From a virus: DNA of 64,000 nt. This document shows positions 48,857-59,413 of this stretch, in pieces. Within the stretch, counting starts at the first letter, position 1, and the number at the start of each line of letters is the position of its first letter. A program made the translations under genes and the position numbers. Location of the stretch: positions 32,001 to 96,000 of IMG/VR virus record IMGVR_UViG_3300044736_000016, one strand, 5' to 3'. The notes under the pieces are model-generated. The model had not been told where the DNA came from and did not search any database. It worked only from the letters and a program-made list of their open reading frames with translations.

Positions 48857-49441
48857 GTGGACGCTGGGTCTGCGACGCTCGATCAGGTGCTCAGCATGCT
48901 GAGCAGTGTCGCCATGAGCCAGAGCATGCAGGCTGAGATCGCGGCCTATCGTGCCACCCTGAGCGTACCCGTAGCCTTCACCCTCGACGACGCCCACGGA
49001 GGGACGGAGACGGTCACGGTGGACGACACCCCCGCCGCAGCGTGGCTCCCGACCGCCTTGGCCCACGCCGAGACCGCTTTGAGCGTCAAACTACTCGCGC
49101 CCCTCCCAGCGATGATGGTCAGCCCAGATCCCGGCGGATTCCTCATGGCCGATGGTGGCGGGGAGTTCCGGCACGTCGGATACCGCGGATACCTCTACCA
49201 CGTGAACTGTGCTGTCTTCGCCACCTCGGACTTCTCCGACATCGCCCAGCGTCAGGCCCGCATGCTCGTCCACTGTTTCGACAGCCTCGTGTGGAGAACT
49301 CATGAGGCCAGAGGATTCGGTAGTCTGGTGGCTAGTATCGAGGCTGACGGGCCGGTGGAGGAGAGCGGCGTGCGACCCTACAGGGGAGGCGGGCTGATCG
49401 CCGGGGCGAGGGTTCGGTACAGCGTGCGGACTATCGTGTGA
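48857..49441 (+). CDS. Tail terminator candidate
   Basis: Position and size upstream of the tail tube. Confidence 0.5.
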   Translation: MDAGSATLDQVLSMLSSVAMSQSMQAEIAAYRATLSVPVAFTLDDAHGGTETVTVDDTPAAAWLPTALAHAETALSVKLLAPLPAMMVSPDPGGFLMADGGGEFRHVGYRGYLYHVNCAVFATSDFSDIAQRQARMLVHCFDSLVWRTHEARGFGSLVASIEADGPVEESGVRPYRGGGLIAGARVRYSVRTIV

Positions 49442-50337
49442 CCCAAGACTGGGACGACCTCGCCACCTCGACGCGGACCCGCGTGGTCCCCAGTATCCAG
49501 AAGGATCCGGCCGAGGACGATCCCGGACGACGACCGCGCATCCTCATCTCTACGCCCATCGTGGACTTCAAGCTCTACGCGCTGGACGAGTGGGTCGGGA
49601 GTATCCGCGATCAGGTGTGCGACATCGACTGGGATCTCACGCTCATCGACAACACCGACAGACCACGGCCCGGATACCTCGATTGGCTGACCGGCTTCGT
49701 GCGCTCCAAGCCGTTCGGCAGGGGACATAGGGTTCGGCTGATCCGCTTCGGCGAGAGTGTGGACGGCGAGCGGTACAAGCATCCGCACATGAAGATCACC
49801 AAGGCGCACCAGATGGGATGGGAGTGTGTCTCCGCGCGTGCGCATGCTCGCCGCCCTCGGGATCGCTATGACGCGTGGTTGGCGTGGGAGTGCGACGTGC
49901 TCGCTCCCACGGACGCTGTACAGACGCTCTGGGACAGCGGGTACCCGTGGGCCGCGGCGTGGATGCTATCTCGCAAGATGGCCGACCAGCGCGGTGGACT
50001 GCACGTCACCGAACTCCCCCTGCTCTGGCACAGCCTGACGCCCGAGACGTGGCGTGCAGCCCGAGGCTGGGATGACGTGATTCCCCTCGGGTACAAATCC
50101 CCCCCTGATGGCGTGACCCCATTCCCCTGCACTGTCACCCACCTCGGCCTGACCATGGTACGCAGTGATGTGGTGCAGCGTGTTCCGTTCCAACTGACCA
50201 CTGCCGGTGCAGATTGCAGTCAGTCGTGGGCAGTCACCGAGGGTGGATATCAGCCGATGTGTGTGCCGTCGATCCGCTGTGTACACCGCTGCGATTGGGA
50301 GGCGACGGCGTGGGGCAGACGTCCTAGCGCCTCCTAA
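49438..50337 (+). CDS. GT-A fold glycosyltransferase inserted in the tail operon
   Basis: ILISTP, LIDNT, WECDV (DxD-like), HLGLTMVR, C.H. Confidence 0.75.
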   Translation: MTQDWDDLATSTRTRVVPSIQKDPAEDDPGRRPRILISTPIVDFKLYALDEWVGSIRDQVCDIDWDLTLIDNTDRPRPGYLDWLTGFVRSKPFGRGHRVRLIRFGESVDGERYKHPHMKITKAHQMGWECVSARAHARRPRDRYDAWLAWECDVLAPTDAVQTLWDSGYPWAAAWMLSRKMADQRGGLHVTELPLLWHSLTPETWRAARGWDDVIPLGYKSPPDGVTPFPCTVTHLGLTMVRSDVVQRVPFQLTTAGADCSQSWAVTEGGYQPMCVPSIRCVHRCDWEATAWGRRPSAS

Positions 50338-50408
50338 CGACGGGGCAACTCCTCTCGCCTGCGAGCGTGGCCGAGACATCTCGCCACTGACCCGGAGGCC
50401 CATCTTTC

Positions 50409-50963
50409 GTGCCGAACACCATCGTCACCAAGCGGTTCGAGCTCGGCGCGTTGGATTCGATGATCCTTTTCAATACCATAGACCTCGGTGCCACGAAGGA
50501 GGGCGGCGCCAAGATCACCTACACCAAGACCTACTACCCGTTCGAGATCGACCAGAGCCTCACTGCCCCCGACGTCGTGGCCACGAAGGAAGCCGCAGTC
50601 ATGGCGCTGGGCGGCATCGTCCAGTACCAGATGAACCTGATCGCCGCAGCCTTCGCCGTCTCGCAGACCGGTGTGGGGACGGTGAGCGGCACGCCGAACC
50701 TCGACTACCTGTACGTGGGTGGCGACCAGACCGTGCCGATCGGCACCTTCGACTTCTCGGGACTGCGGCGTGGCGGTGGAGGCCTGCGTCTGCGCGGGCA
50801 GTTGTTCGCCGTCTACTCTGCTAAGCCGTGCGCGATCCCCTTTACGCGCAACGCCCCGACCGAACTGACCGGCGTGGAGTTCGAGTGCCTCGCCGACATG
50901 ACCCGCCCGGTCGGACAACGACTCTTCGTACTGGGACGCGACAACACCATCGCTCAGCCATAG
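50409..50963 (+). CDS. Major tail (tube) protein
   Basis: DLGATKEGG..EIDQ..VEFECLAD; upstream of the chaperone and tape measure. Confidence 0.8.
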   Translation: MPNTIVTKRFELGALDSMILFNTIDLGATKEGGAKITYTKTYYPFEIDQSLTAPDVVATKEAAVMALGGIVQYQMNLIAAAFAVSQTGVGTVSGTPNLDYLYVGGDQTVPIGTFDFSGLRRGGGGLRLRGQLFAVYSAKPCAIPFTRNAPTELTGVEFECLADMTRPVGQRLFVLGRDNTIAQP

Positions 50964-50993
50964 TCCCACCGTCAGGCGCAGAGGAGACCCGCC

Positions 50994-51575
50994 TTGACAA
51001 CCGCGAACGACCACATTGCCGCCGTCGCAGAACAGACCCTCGAGCGGCTGAGCGGCACACCCGTCAACGTCGAGTGTCGCGATGGGACCACCGTCACCAT
51101 CCACGTCGGCAAGCTGTACATCGACCAGCTCATCGCGCTGAGCCAGTTCGCCCGCCGTGCATGGGCAGCCTTCGCAGCCACGGGTGGCGACGGTGTGATG
51201 GCCGAGATGAAGGCCGCGGCCGTGAGTACCGTTCTGGACAGCGGGCAGACCGACGAGGAGAAGGCCGAAGCCAAGGTCAAGGCCAAGGCGGCGCTGGACA
51301 AGGCACTTGTGAACATCAGCGCCAGCCGGGTCATCGAGGCATTCCTCTCCATGCTCACGGTCGAGGAGGTGGGGACGCTGATGGGCGTGCTCTGCGATCG
51401 GCCTGGTCCATGGTGTGAGCGCAACCTCGGCATCGAGGACATCGCCAACGTGTGCGCTGCGGTCGTGGAGCACAACGACCCGGCGGTGATCTGGGCGGGT
51501 TTTCACCGGGCCGCGCGGGGCCTGAGAATCTCGCTGGGGAAGTCGGCCGCGCCATCGACAGCGCCCTCGTCGTGA
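50994..51575 (+). CDS. Tail assembly chaperone (gpG-like); the -1 frameshift product would end at 51721
   Basis: Position; in-frame G-GGT-TTT heptamer. Confidence 0.75.
   Translation: MTTANDHIAAVAEQTLERLSGTPVNVECRDGTTVTIHVGKLYIDQLIALSQFARRAWAAFAATGGDGVMAEMKAAAVSTVLDSGQTDEEKAEAKVKAKAALDKALVNISASRVIEAFLSMLTVEEVGTLMGVLCDRPGPWCERNLGIEDIANVCAAVVEHNDPAVIWAGFHRAARGLRISLGKSAAPSTAPSS
51497..51503 (+). promoter_or_regulatory. Programmed -1 frameshift slippery site GGGTTTT
   Basis: X-XXY-YYZ in the correct phase; the -1 frame is open to 51721, abutting the tape measure start. Confidence 0.75.
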
Positions 51576-51720
51576 TCGGAAGGGTGGGTATCACGGAGCG
51601 CGAGGTGCGGCGCCACTCCATCGACTGGCTGCGAACGGTCGTCAGGGAATGCGCAGGCGTTGGAGAGCGCGACGCAGACGATCCCTTTGACGACCCGACA
51701 CTGGAGTCGTGGAGCGCTTA

Positions 51721-54429
51721 GTGGGCGCCACCGCGGTCCAAATCCTGCTCGACATCGCCGGCAACAGTGCGGGTGCGCTCAAGGCGCTCGCCGAGATCGA
51801 CACGGCATTGGTGGCGGCAGAGGCGAAGGCGAAGGCGCAAGCGACCAAGGCGGCGGCAGACAATCTCATCAACCTGAACGGTGGCGTCGCAGCGGCGCGG
51901 ACTGCACTTGCCGAAACTGCTAAGGCTGTGGCCACATCGGTCACGTGGTATCCACCGTCCAACCCCGCCTTGATCCAGTCTGCCGCGAAGGACGGTGAGA
52001 AGGCCGCGACCGGGTTCGTTGGCAAGTTTCAGTCGGTGATCGGCACGGGCATCAGCGCGGTTGCCGGGGCCATCGGTGGCACACTCAGCGAGGGGTTCAA
52101 GAAAACCGGCGAAAGTGCGGGGGAACTAGACGAGAAAACTCACAAGCTGTCCGAGACGTTCACCAAGCTCGGCGAGGCAGGGCTACAGGTGTCGGCCGGC
52201 CAGGGGTCGATCCTCGGGTTCCTCGGCAGCCTCGGTGCATCCATCCCGATGATCGGCGGCGTCGTGGCCGGGATGGGCCTGCTCGGTGGTCTGCTGGAAC
52301 ATGTCGTAACTGAGCAGGCTGACTACGCCTTCGCCATCGAGGAGCAGAACCAGCTACTCGGCATCGACGTGACGATGCTGCAAACCCTTGACGCTATGGT
52401 GGCGCGCGTTGGACTGGACCATGACAACCTGACGAAGGTGCTTCAGCGGTTCTCAGCCAACATCAGCCAAGGTGGTCCGGCGCTCAAGGCATACGGGCTC
52501 ACGCTGGCTGATGTTGGGATCACTACCAAGAGCCTGAACGACGCCATCCCCGAACTCATCAAGTGGATGTCGTCGCAGACGGACAAAACATACGCCAACG
52601 CTGTTGCCACGGCGCTGATGGGCAAGGGTGCTACGGGCCTCATCGCCTCGTTCGACAAGGGCTTGCCTGCCTTCAAGGCGTTCACCGATGAGATGCAGCG
52701 CAACGGGCAGCTGATGTCTGATTCGGAGATCAAGGCGGGTGCGCTTGCCAAAATCTTCAAGGACGACATGATGGCGAGTTTCCAGGGGGTGGTGCGTCAG
52801 TTGTCTGGCCCGCTGTTCACGGGCATGTCGCAGTTGTTCCACGCCATCACACTCGGCGCGCAGGGAGGCCAGGGCGCCTTCCACAACCTCGGCGAGGAGA
52901 TCAGCAAGGTACTCACTCAGGTCGTCAGTTTCGTCGTGTCGCTGGTGGGTGGTAAGGCGGGCATCGACGCCTTCAACAAGTCGCTCGGCGATTCCAGCGC
53001 GGCTTACAACAGCGACGCAGCAGCGACGGCCAGTGCAGCCGCGGTCACAGCACAAAAGAAGGTCACCGACCTCGAAGCGAAGATCGCGCTCGACGCGCTC
53101 ACGGAATCCACCGCCGACCAAACCAAGGCGCTCGACGCAAGTATCAAGACGCTGAACGATCGGCAGACCGCCTTCGACAACATGATCGCGAAGGAGATCA
53201 CTGGGTACACGGATGCGTCGACGGCCTTCACGAAGAATGCCGACAAGGAGATCGCTGACCTCAACAATACGGCGGCAGCGTACGTCAAGAACGCCGATGC
53301 GCTGATTCAGGCACAGCACGACATCGTCACCGCCATGGATCAGCGGATGGCGATGGAACAACTCCAACAGCAACTCGCTGATGACGCGGGCACGAGCCAA
53401 CTGGCCCTCCTCAAGGCGCAACTCGCTGCCACGCAGACCACGTACAGTGGCTTGCGGCAGTCTGGCGAGACCGTCAACGCCTACCTGCTACGTCTCAAGC
53501 AGCAGAGTTTGCAGGAGCAGATCACCGACGAGACGCAGCGTCGTGCCCTCGCCAAGGATACTGCCGACATCGCGAAGGCGCAGGCCACGGACGCCGCAGA
53601 CGCAGTCATCAAACAACTGAACGACCAGAAGGCCGCGTACGCCGATGAGACCAAGGTCCGTGTCGACACACTGACCGTTCAGAAGCAGGCGTACGCGGAC
53701 GACACCGCCGCACGAATCGCATCGCTGAACACGCAGAAGACGGCGTACGACGATGACACGAAGGCGCGAGTAGCGTCGCTCGACGCGCAGAAGGTAGCGC
53801 TGCAGGACAACCTCACCGCAGCGCAGCGGAGTTACAACGACCTTACCAACACGATGGCGGACCAACTCGCCGCAGCGCAGTCGGACCTCTCCCAAGCGCA
53901 GGCTGGGTTCAACGCTGTTGTCGAGGGCAGCGCGAACAGCCTCATCGGTAACCTAGCGCTAACATTCAGCGACCCGGGCTCCTACCTGCAACGGTGGATC
54001 GACTGGCTCGGCGACACGCTGGGGCGGGCATTCATCGTCGGTTTGGGCCATGGCTTGGAAGCGGCTGCCGCCAGTCTGGCAAGTCCCGGAACATGGCTGG
54101 GGTGGCTCAAGGATGTAGCCCCCCGACTGCTCAGCCCCGGGACGGCCTTGCTCGGGCTAGCGGGTGGTGGACCGACTGTCCCCGGCCAACCCTACCTCGT
54201 CGGCGAGCAAGGCCCCGAGCTGCGCGTGTTCTCCCAGCCCGGGTCCATCGTCCCTCTGACGAAGGGCGGCATCGCGGCGCACGCCAGTGGAGGCGCAGCA
54301 GCAGGGACGACCATCCACCAGAACGTGTACATCACCGGATCGAGCGCGGAGATGCAGGACGTAGCGCGCCGCGAGATCGACCTCGCCAATATGCAACTCA
54401 TCCAGCGCATCACAGCGACGGTCGCATAG
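51721..54429 (+). CDS. Tape measure protein
   Basis: ~900 aa Ala-rich helical protein; 18-aa repeats (QKAAYADETKVRVDTLTV); C-terminal GGP...YLVGEQGPEL. Confidence 0.9.
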   Translation: MGATAVQILLDIAGNSAGALKALAEIDTALVAAEAKAKAQATKAAADNLINLNGGVAAARTALAETAKAVATSVTWYPPSNPALIQSAAKDGEKAATGFVGKFQSVIGTGISAVAGAIGGTLSEGFKKTGESAGELDEKTHKLSETFTKLGEAGLQVSAGQGSILGFLGSLGASIPMIGGVVAGMGLLGGLLEHVVTEQADYAFAIEEQNQLLGIDVTMLQTLDAMVARVGLDHDNLTKVLQRFSANISQGGPALKAYGLTLADVGITTKSLNDAIPELIKWMSSQTDKTYANAVATALMGKGATGLIASFDKGLPAFKAFTDEMQRNGQLMSDSEIKAGALAKIFKDDMMASFQGVVRQLSGPLFTGMSQLFHAITLGAQGGQGAFHNLGEEISKVLTQVVSFVVSLVGGKAGIDAFNKSLGDSSAAYNSDAAATASAAAVTAQKKVTDLEAKIALDALTESTADQTKALDASIKTLNDRQTAFDNMIAKEITGYTDASTAFTKNADKEIADLNNTAAAYVKNADALIQAQHDIVTAMDQRMAMEQLQQQLADDAGTSQLALLKAQLAATQTTYSGLRQSGETVNAYLLRLKQQSLQEQITDETQRRALAKDTADIAKAQATDAADAVIKQLNDQKAAYADETKVRVDTLTVQKQAYADDTAARIASLNTQKTAYDDDTKARVASLDAQKVALQDNLTAAQRSYNDLTNTMADQLAAAQSDLSQAQAGFNAVVEGSANSLIGNLALTFSDPGSYLQRWIDWLGDTLGRAFIVGLGHGLEAAAASLASPGTWLGWLKDVAPRLLSPGTALLGLAGGGPTVPGQPYLVGEQGPELRVFSQPGSIVPLTKGGIAAHASGGAAAGTTIHQNVYITGSSAEMQDVARREIDLANMQLIQRITATVA

Positions 54430-56940
54430 ATGCCATCGCCGCTCCTCCCCATCTGGCGCACGCCCGCGCAGGCTGGGTTGCTGTCGAACAAGTACGCCAC
54501 GCCGGGGGAGACGTTCACGGTGCGCTGCCGGTCGTCGGGAGGCGGGACAGACCCGGTCGGCAACATGCGGGTCACGGCCACGCGCCAGAGCGACCAGCTC
54601 GCCCTGTGGGACAGCGGGATCATCGGCCGCGCCACGACCACCAACCCCCCCACCGGAGGCACGCCCAAGGCGTTCGGCGGGCAGATGCCGGTGAGCGCCA
54701 ACGGCGCCCTGACGATCGTCGGAGGCAACCTCGGTGGTACGGCGTCGGGCGACACCATGTCATCCTCCACTCTGGGCGGCACCAACGGCACATGGTCGCG
54801 CAAGGTGCAGGCGCTAGCACCCTTCATCTCGGGCGGGAATCAGGTCTCCGGTGTCTCTTTGGCGAGAACCGGCCACCGATTGCTCACCGTCCCGTTCGAC
54901 GCCAACACCACGTACGTCTACTCGATCGGCGGCAACGACGGGCTGGTGACCACCTCGCCGACCGTGTTCTTCGGCACAAACACGGGGTATGCCGAACTCA
55001 ACCCTGACGGCAGTTACGGCCCGTGGCAGCCGACGACCCCCATCCCCATCTTCACCTTCACCTACATCTACCAGCAGTCCGTCGTCTACCACGGTGTGGC
55101 TTGCGCGAAGATTGGCGGTATCTGGTACGTGTACGTCACGGGTGGGATCAGCGGCGGCAGCGCTCAGTCGTGGACCTACTTCGCCGCGGTGAACGATGAC
55201 GGCCAACTCGGGCCGTGGACAGCGGCGTCGAACCTCCCCACCAGCCTATGGGGTCACGCATGTGTGGCGTGGGGTAACAACATCTACTGCGTCGGCGGAA
55301 CCGTCGCGGTCGGGTCGAGCACGTGCATCACCACCCTCTACGGGGCGACCATCAACACTGACGGCTCGCTCAACGCGTGGGGCGTCATCGGCGGCATCAC
55401 GCTGGCCACGGCGTTGCGCAACATGGCACAGGTGTCGGTGGTCGCACCCGGAGGCGTGTTCCTCTGCCTCATCCTGCTGGGCGGCAGCAACGGCACCACG
55501 GACGTGACCACAAGCCAAGTGTTGCAGTTCAGCAACGCGGGCGGCCAGGCTGGACCGCTCACTCTGACGGCCGCTCCGCAGGCAGGGTCGGAGGGCGGCG
55601 CAGGGCTCGTCGTGGTCGGGTCGGCCAACGCCATCTACTACTTGCAAGGCTCGGGCGTCCTGTACAGCGCTCCGGTGACGATGGCTGGAGGATTCCCAAC
55701 CATCGGCACATGGGTCCATGGTGTTGGCGCCACAGCCCTGCTCACCGCTGATCTGGGAACCAACGGCACGGTCACCACCAACGCGGACGGATCGCAGGAT
55801 CTGGTCTTTCAGTTCGGGCGGTTCGGTCCGGCAGCGACCTTTCCCGTCGCGGGTGACACCGTGGTGCTCACCGTTCAGGTAGCCGGCAACGCATCTGGTA
55901 ACCCATCCCCCACGGCTGCAACTGCTGTGCAGTTCGGTGACGCCCCCACCGCCACTACGCTGAGCCTGCCGACCAACGGTCAGCCCACGCTCGGGTTCGT
56001 CTTCGCGCAGGGAGTGGGCGGTGGGCCGGAGCAACAGTGGGAGATTCAACTTCTCAACGCCGCCGGCAACACCATCTACGCAGACAGCGGCATCCAGCAG
56101 GGCTCAGCGAACGCGGTCACCTTCAACCAGATCCAGCCTCCCTTAGTAAGCGCCACGCAGTACATGGTGAAGGTGCTCAACACTCAGTCGACCAGTCAGC
56201 CCATGCCCGGTTCGAGCGGAGCGGTGGCCACCACCACATCGCTCATCACCATCGGCACTCTGACGCCACCGACAGCGCCGACATTCACCAGCGTCACCGC
56301 CGACAACGTCAACGCCATCGTCACTCTCGCGTTCTCATGGGCGGTCAACACCAAGACGGTCCGCATGTGGTACCGGGCCACCGGCTCGACGACATGGGCG
56401 CTGCTTGCCGACTACACCACGGGCACCGCGTCGGCAGGGTCCTCCACGTACTCCACGGGCGCGCTGATCTTCGGCGTCGGGTATGACTTCGCTATCAGCG
56501 CAGTCAGTACCACCGCCAACGCCGAGACCGCCCTCACCGCCGTCAAGACCGCGACCATCGCTGTTCTGTCGTGGTGGTTGCGCGACCCTGCCGATGCCAC
56601 CGCAAGCGTCGCCCTCAACACCAAGCCGGGGATAAAGCAGCCGCATCTGGAAAGTCTCGCCACCCACTACCCGCTCGGCAGTCAGTACCCCGTTGTGGTC
56701 GCCGATCGGGTCCACGGACAGGACGGCACGCTCACGGTGTGGACCAAGGCCGCGACGGATGACACCGCCCTGATGACCCTGCTACTCCGACAAGTGACCT
56801 TGCTCCTCCACCACCCCTACGGCGAGCTCCACTACGTGCGGATCAACACCACGCGGGAGGTCACCAAGCCCTACCCCGGCACTCCGACCAAGCCATACCG
56901 CGAGTATCTGTTCTCCTACGTCGAGGTCGCCTACCCCTGA
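54430..56940 (+). CDS. Tail-tip protein with Kelch-like propeller and FN3-like domains
   Basis: YSIGG, YVTGG, YCVGG, LLGG repeats; directly follows the tape measure. Confidence 0.7.
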   Translation: MPSPLLPIWRTPAQAGLLSNKYATPGETFTVRCRSSGGGTDPVGNMRVTATRQSDQLALWDSGIIGRATTTNPPTGGTPKAFGGQMPVSANGALTIVGGNLGGTASGDTMSSSTLGGTNGTWSRKVQALAPFISGGNQVSGVSLARTGHRLLTVPFDANTTYVYSIGGNDGLVTTSPTVFFGTNTGYAELNPDGSYGPWQPTTPIPIFTFTYIYQQSVVYHGVACAKIGGIWYVYVTGGISGGSAQSWTYFAAVNDDGQLGPWTAASNLPTSLWGHACVAWGNNIYCVGGTVAVGSSTCITTLYGATINTDGSLNAWGVIGGITLATALRNMAQVSVVAPGGVFLCLILLGGSNGTTDVTTSQVLQFSNAGGQAGPLTLTAAPQAGSEGGAGLVVVGSANAIYYLQGSGVLYSAPVTMAGGFPTIGTWVHGVGATALLTADLGTNGTVTTNADGSQDLVFQFGRFGPAATFPVAGDTVVLTVQVAGNASGNPSPTAATAVQFGDAPTATTLSLPTNGQPTLGFVFAQGVGGGPEQQWEIQLLNAAGNTIYADSGIQQGSANAVTFNQIQPPLVSATQYMVKVLNTQSTSQPMPGSSGAVATTTSLITIGTLTPPTAPTFTSVTADNVNAIVTLAFSWAVNTKTVRMWYRATGSTTWALLADYTTGTASAGSSTYSTGALIFGVGYDFAISAVSTTANAETALTAVKTATIAVLSWWLRDPADATASVALNTKPGIKQPHLESLATHYPLGSQYPVVVADRVHGQDGTLTVWTKAATDDTALMTLLLRQVTLLLHHPYGELHYVRINTTREVTKPYPGTPTKPYREYLFSYVEVAYP

Positions 56941-58080
56941 ATGCAGGCGTACAACATCGCGGGCGGGCTGCTCTCGGCGAACTGGACGGCCATGCTGCAG
57001 AGCGACTTTCAGCGCATCGCCACGCGTATCGACATCCTCCAGGGCGGTGTTCCCGTCGCCACCAGTGTCGCGCCACGCATGGAGCCCGGATCGTCGGTCA
57101 CCGTCGACAAGGCGCAGGCCAGTCGACGCACCTGCGCGATCAGTTTCACCGACCCCACGGGCACGCTCACCCCCGCTGTGGCGAGCGATGTGTTCCACCC
57201 GATGTCAGGCTATGAGTTCCGCCTGTCTCGCGGGTTCACCTACGCCGATGGGTCAACCGAACTGGTCAGCCTCGGCATCTTCGCGCCGTCATCGGTCACT
57301 GTGGACGACACCCCCAACGATCTGGTCATCAACGTCACGGGGTTCGACCGAGCCAGAGCAGTGGGGCGACGCAAGCTCTCGGATGTCTACTCCATCCCAC
57401 GCGGTCTCAACGCAGCAACCGCCATCCAAGCGTTGATCACCTCGCAATACCCCGGTCTCACCTACCTGTTCATGCTCACGTCCCTCACTACCGCACTGAT
57501 GGCGCTGAAGCCCGGCGCCGATCCGTGGACGGAAGCGCTCACGCTGGCGACCACGCTTGGGGCGCAACTGTTCTTCGACGTCTCCGGCCGTTGTGTGCTC
57601 ATCCCCGAACCTGATCCCACACAAACCCCCGTCGCGTGGACCTACAGCGAAGGCGCGCAGGCCATGCTCACCCACACCGTCCGCACCCTGACCAACGAGG
57701 CCGTCCCCTCGCACGTGATCCGCGACGGGCAGGGTTCCTCGACCGTCGCCCCAGTCCGTGGAGAGGCCAAAGATCTCAACCCAGCATCGCCCACCTTCAT
57801 CGGCGGCCCGTACGGCGACGTGCTGGACTATAGTTCCAACTCGCTCTACACCACATCAGCCCAATGCCAGGTCGCCGCTCAGGCCGCCCTGAACAGACGC
57901 CTCGGTATCGCCGATGGTCTCTCCATCAGCCACATCGTCAATCCGGCCCATGATGTCGATGATGTGGTGGTGGTCAATCGTGCGCGCTCCAAGCTGGCCA
58001 ACCTGTACGTGATCGACAGCATGACGGTTCCGCTCGGGCCGGACGGGGTGCTCCAGACGGTCTGCCGCCGGGTATCGTGA
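56941..58080 (+). CDS. Tail hub/baseplate protein (DUF5047-like)
   Basis: SVTVD..RRTC, RG..Y.DG..E...LGIF, NPAHDVDDV. Confidence 0.8.
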   Translation: MQAYNIAGGLLSANWTAMLQSDFQRIATRIDILQGGVPVATSVAPRMEPGSSVTVDKAQASRRTCAISFTDPTGTLTPAVASDVFHPMSGYEFRLSRGFTYADGSTELVSLGIFAPSSVTVDDTPNDLVINVTGFDRARAVGRRKLSDVYSIPRGLNAATAIQALITSQYPGLTYLFMLTSLTTALMALKPGADPWTEALTLATTLGAQLFFDVSGRCVLIPEPDPTQTPVAWTYSEGAQAMLTHTVRTLTNEAVPSHVIRDGQGSSTVAPVRGEAKDLNPASPTFIGGPYGDVLDYSSNSLYTTSAQCQVAAQAALNRRLGIADGLSISHIVNPAHDVDDVVVVNRARSKLANLYVIDSMTVPLGPDGVLQTVCRRVS

Positions 58081-58742
58081 CGCCCAAGACCTCGCGCGAT
58101 CTGACCACCGGGTTGCGGAAACTCGCCACCGCCTCCGTGCCCACCCAGAACCTAGAGCGGCATTGGGGGGTGATCCAAGGCGTGAGCGTCGACGGGACCG
58201 CGAGCCTGACCATCGGCGGCAGTTCGCAGACCGTCACGGGGGTGCAGTCGCTCGCCTCCTACTTTCCGGTGGCGGGCGACACCGTGCTGCTGGACGTCGT
58301 CGGGTCGGACGTCGTCGTTGTTGGGACGCTGGGGGCGTCGAGGGGGCCGCTGGGTGTGCTGCCGGGCGGTTACGCCGAGGTGCTGGTCAGCCAAGGCCCC
58401 ATCACCACCGAAGTTGCGATTGCCGGCCTATTCGTGACCGTGCCCGTTTTTTCTAGCCGACGCATCCTGGTGACCCAGCAGACCTTCCCCGGCGCGGGCT
58501 CCGTGGCGAATCAGGTCATCACGACGAACATCAAAGAAGGCGTGACCTTCCTGATGCAGGCGAACACCACGCTGTCCTTCTCCGGAGGCAACCAGACGAA
58601 CCACTCGGCGGTGATCCTCAGACCTCCGGCCGGTATTCACACGTACTTCCTCTCCATGTCCACCGGTTCGGGGAGTTTCACCAACGCCGCCTCAGCCACG
58701 TTCAGGTCGTGGATCATGGCTGAGGATATCGGGCCAGCCTGA
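58077..58742 (+). CDS. Minor tail protein
   Basis: LASYFPVAGDTVL OB-like N-terminus; ends EDIGPA. Confidence 0.7.
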   Translation: MTPKTSRDLTTGLRKLATASVPTQNLERHWGVIQGVSVDGTASLTIGGSSQTVTGVQSLASYFPVAGDTVLLDVVGSDVVVVGTLGASRGPLGVLPGGYAEVLVSQGPITTEVAIAGLFVTVPVFSSRRILVTQQTFPGAGSVANQVITTNIKEGVTFLMQANTTLSFSGGNQTNHSAVILRPPAGIHTYFLSMSTGSGSFTNAASATFRSWIMAEDIGPA

Positions 58743-58746
58743 TCCG

Positions 58747-59277
58747 TCAGCGTGCCATACCAAGATCGACGATGCGCCAACTACCCTGCAACGTACATGT
58801 CTGCATCTGAGCGACCACGCCCGCATCGTGGGAGGGAGGAGTGTTGATCGGCTCGTCGTGGATCGCGGTGACCGTCCACGGATGTCGCATGCCTGTCGCG
58901 TCCGTGTAGGTGACCACATCGCCGACGCCCAGCAGCATCACGGGGGTAAACACGCCGAGGTTGTGGCCGACGAAGTAGGTCTGATCCGTGACGCACGTGT
59001 CGATCGCAGCCGCGGTGTCGGTCAGTTCAGTCTTTCCCGAGCAGTCGCGGTAGAGACCCACCGTGGTGTCGAGCCCGAACGGTCCGCTCAGGTGGCTACG
59101 GATGGAGACGGTCACAGGAGCGGCGGCGGCGGCCTTCGGCGAGGCGAGGAGCGCACCGCCCGCGGCCAGCATGGCCACGCCCGCAAAGGCAACGGCCAGC
59201 GTCTTAGCGCAGCGGTGACGGCGCGCTGGCGGACCACTCCACAGAGGGGCGGGGTGGATCGGCGCCTGGGTCTCCAT
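58747..59277 (-). CDS. Sortase-like cysteine transpeptidase with an N-terminal membrane anchor/signal
   Basis: YFVGHN..F..L.VGD.V..QMQTC..WR (His/Cys/Arg triad order); hydrophobic N-terminus. Confidence 0.7.
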   Translation of the reverse strand: METQAPIHPAPLWSGPPARRHRCAKTLAVAFAGVAMLAAGGALLASPKAAAAAPVTVSIRSHLSGPFGLDTTVGLYRDCSGKTELTDTAAAIDTCVTDQTYFVGHNLGVFTPVMLLGVGDVVTYTDATGMRHPWTVTAIHDEPINTPPSHDAGVVAQMQTCTLQGSWRIVDLGMAR

Positions 59278-59413
59278 GCGTCCATGGTGCGCCCGATCGG
59301 CACTCAGGCTCAGGACGGGGGTGGGTCGGGGCAGTTCCGTCACGGGCGCGTCACGCCCAGTATCCATTGGCGACACGGGGGGGCATAGGCTAGGCTGGGC
59401 TAGCCTCGGCTCC

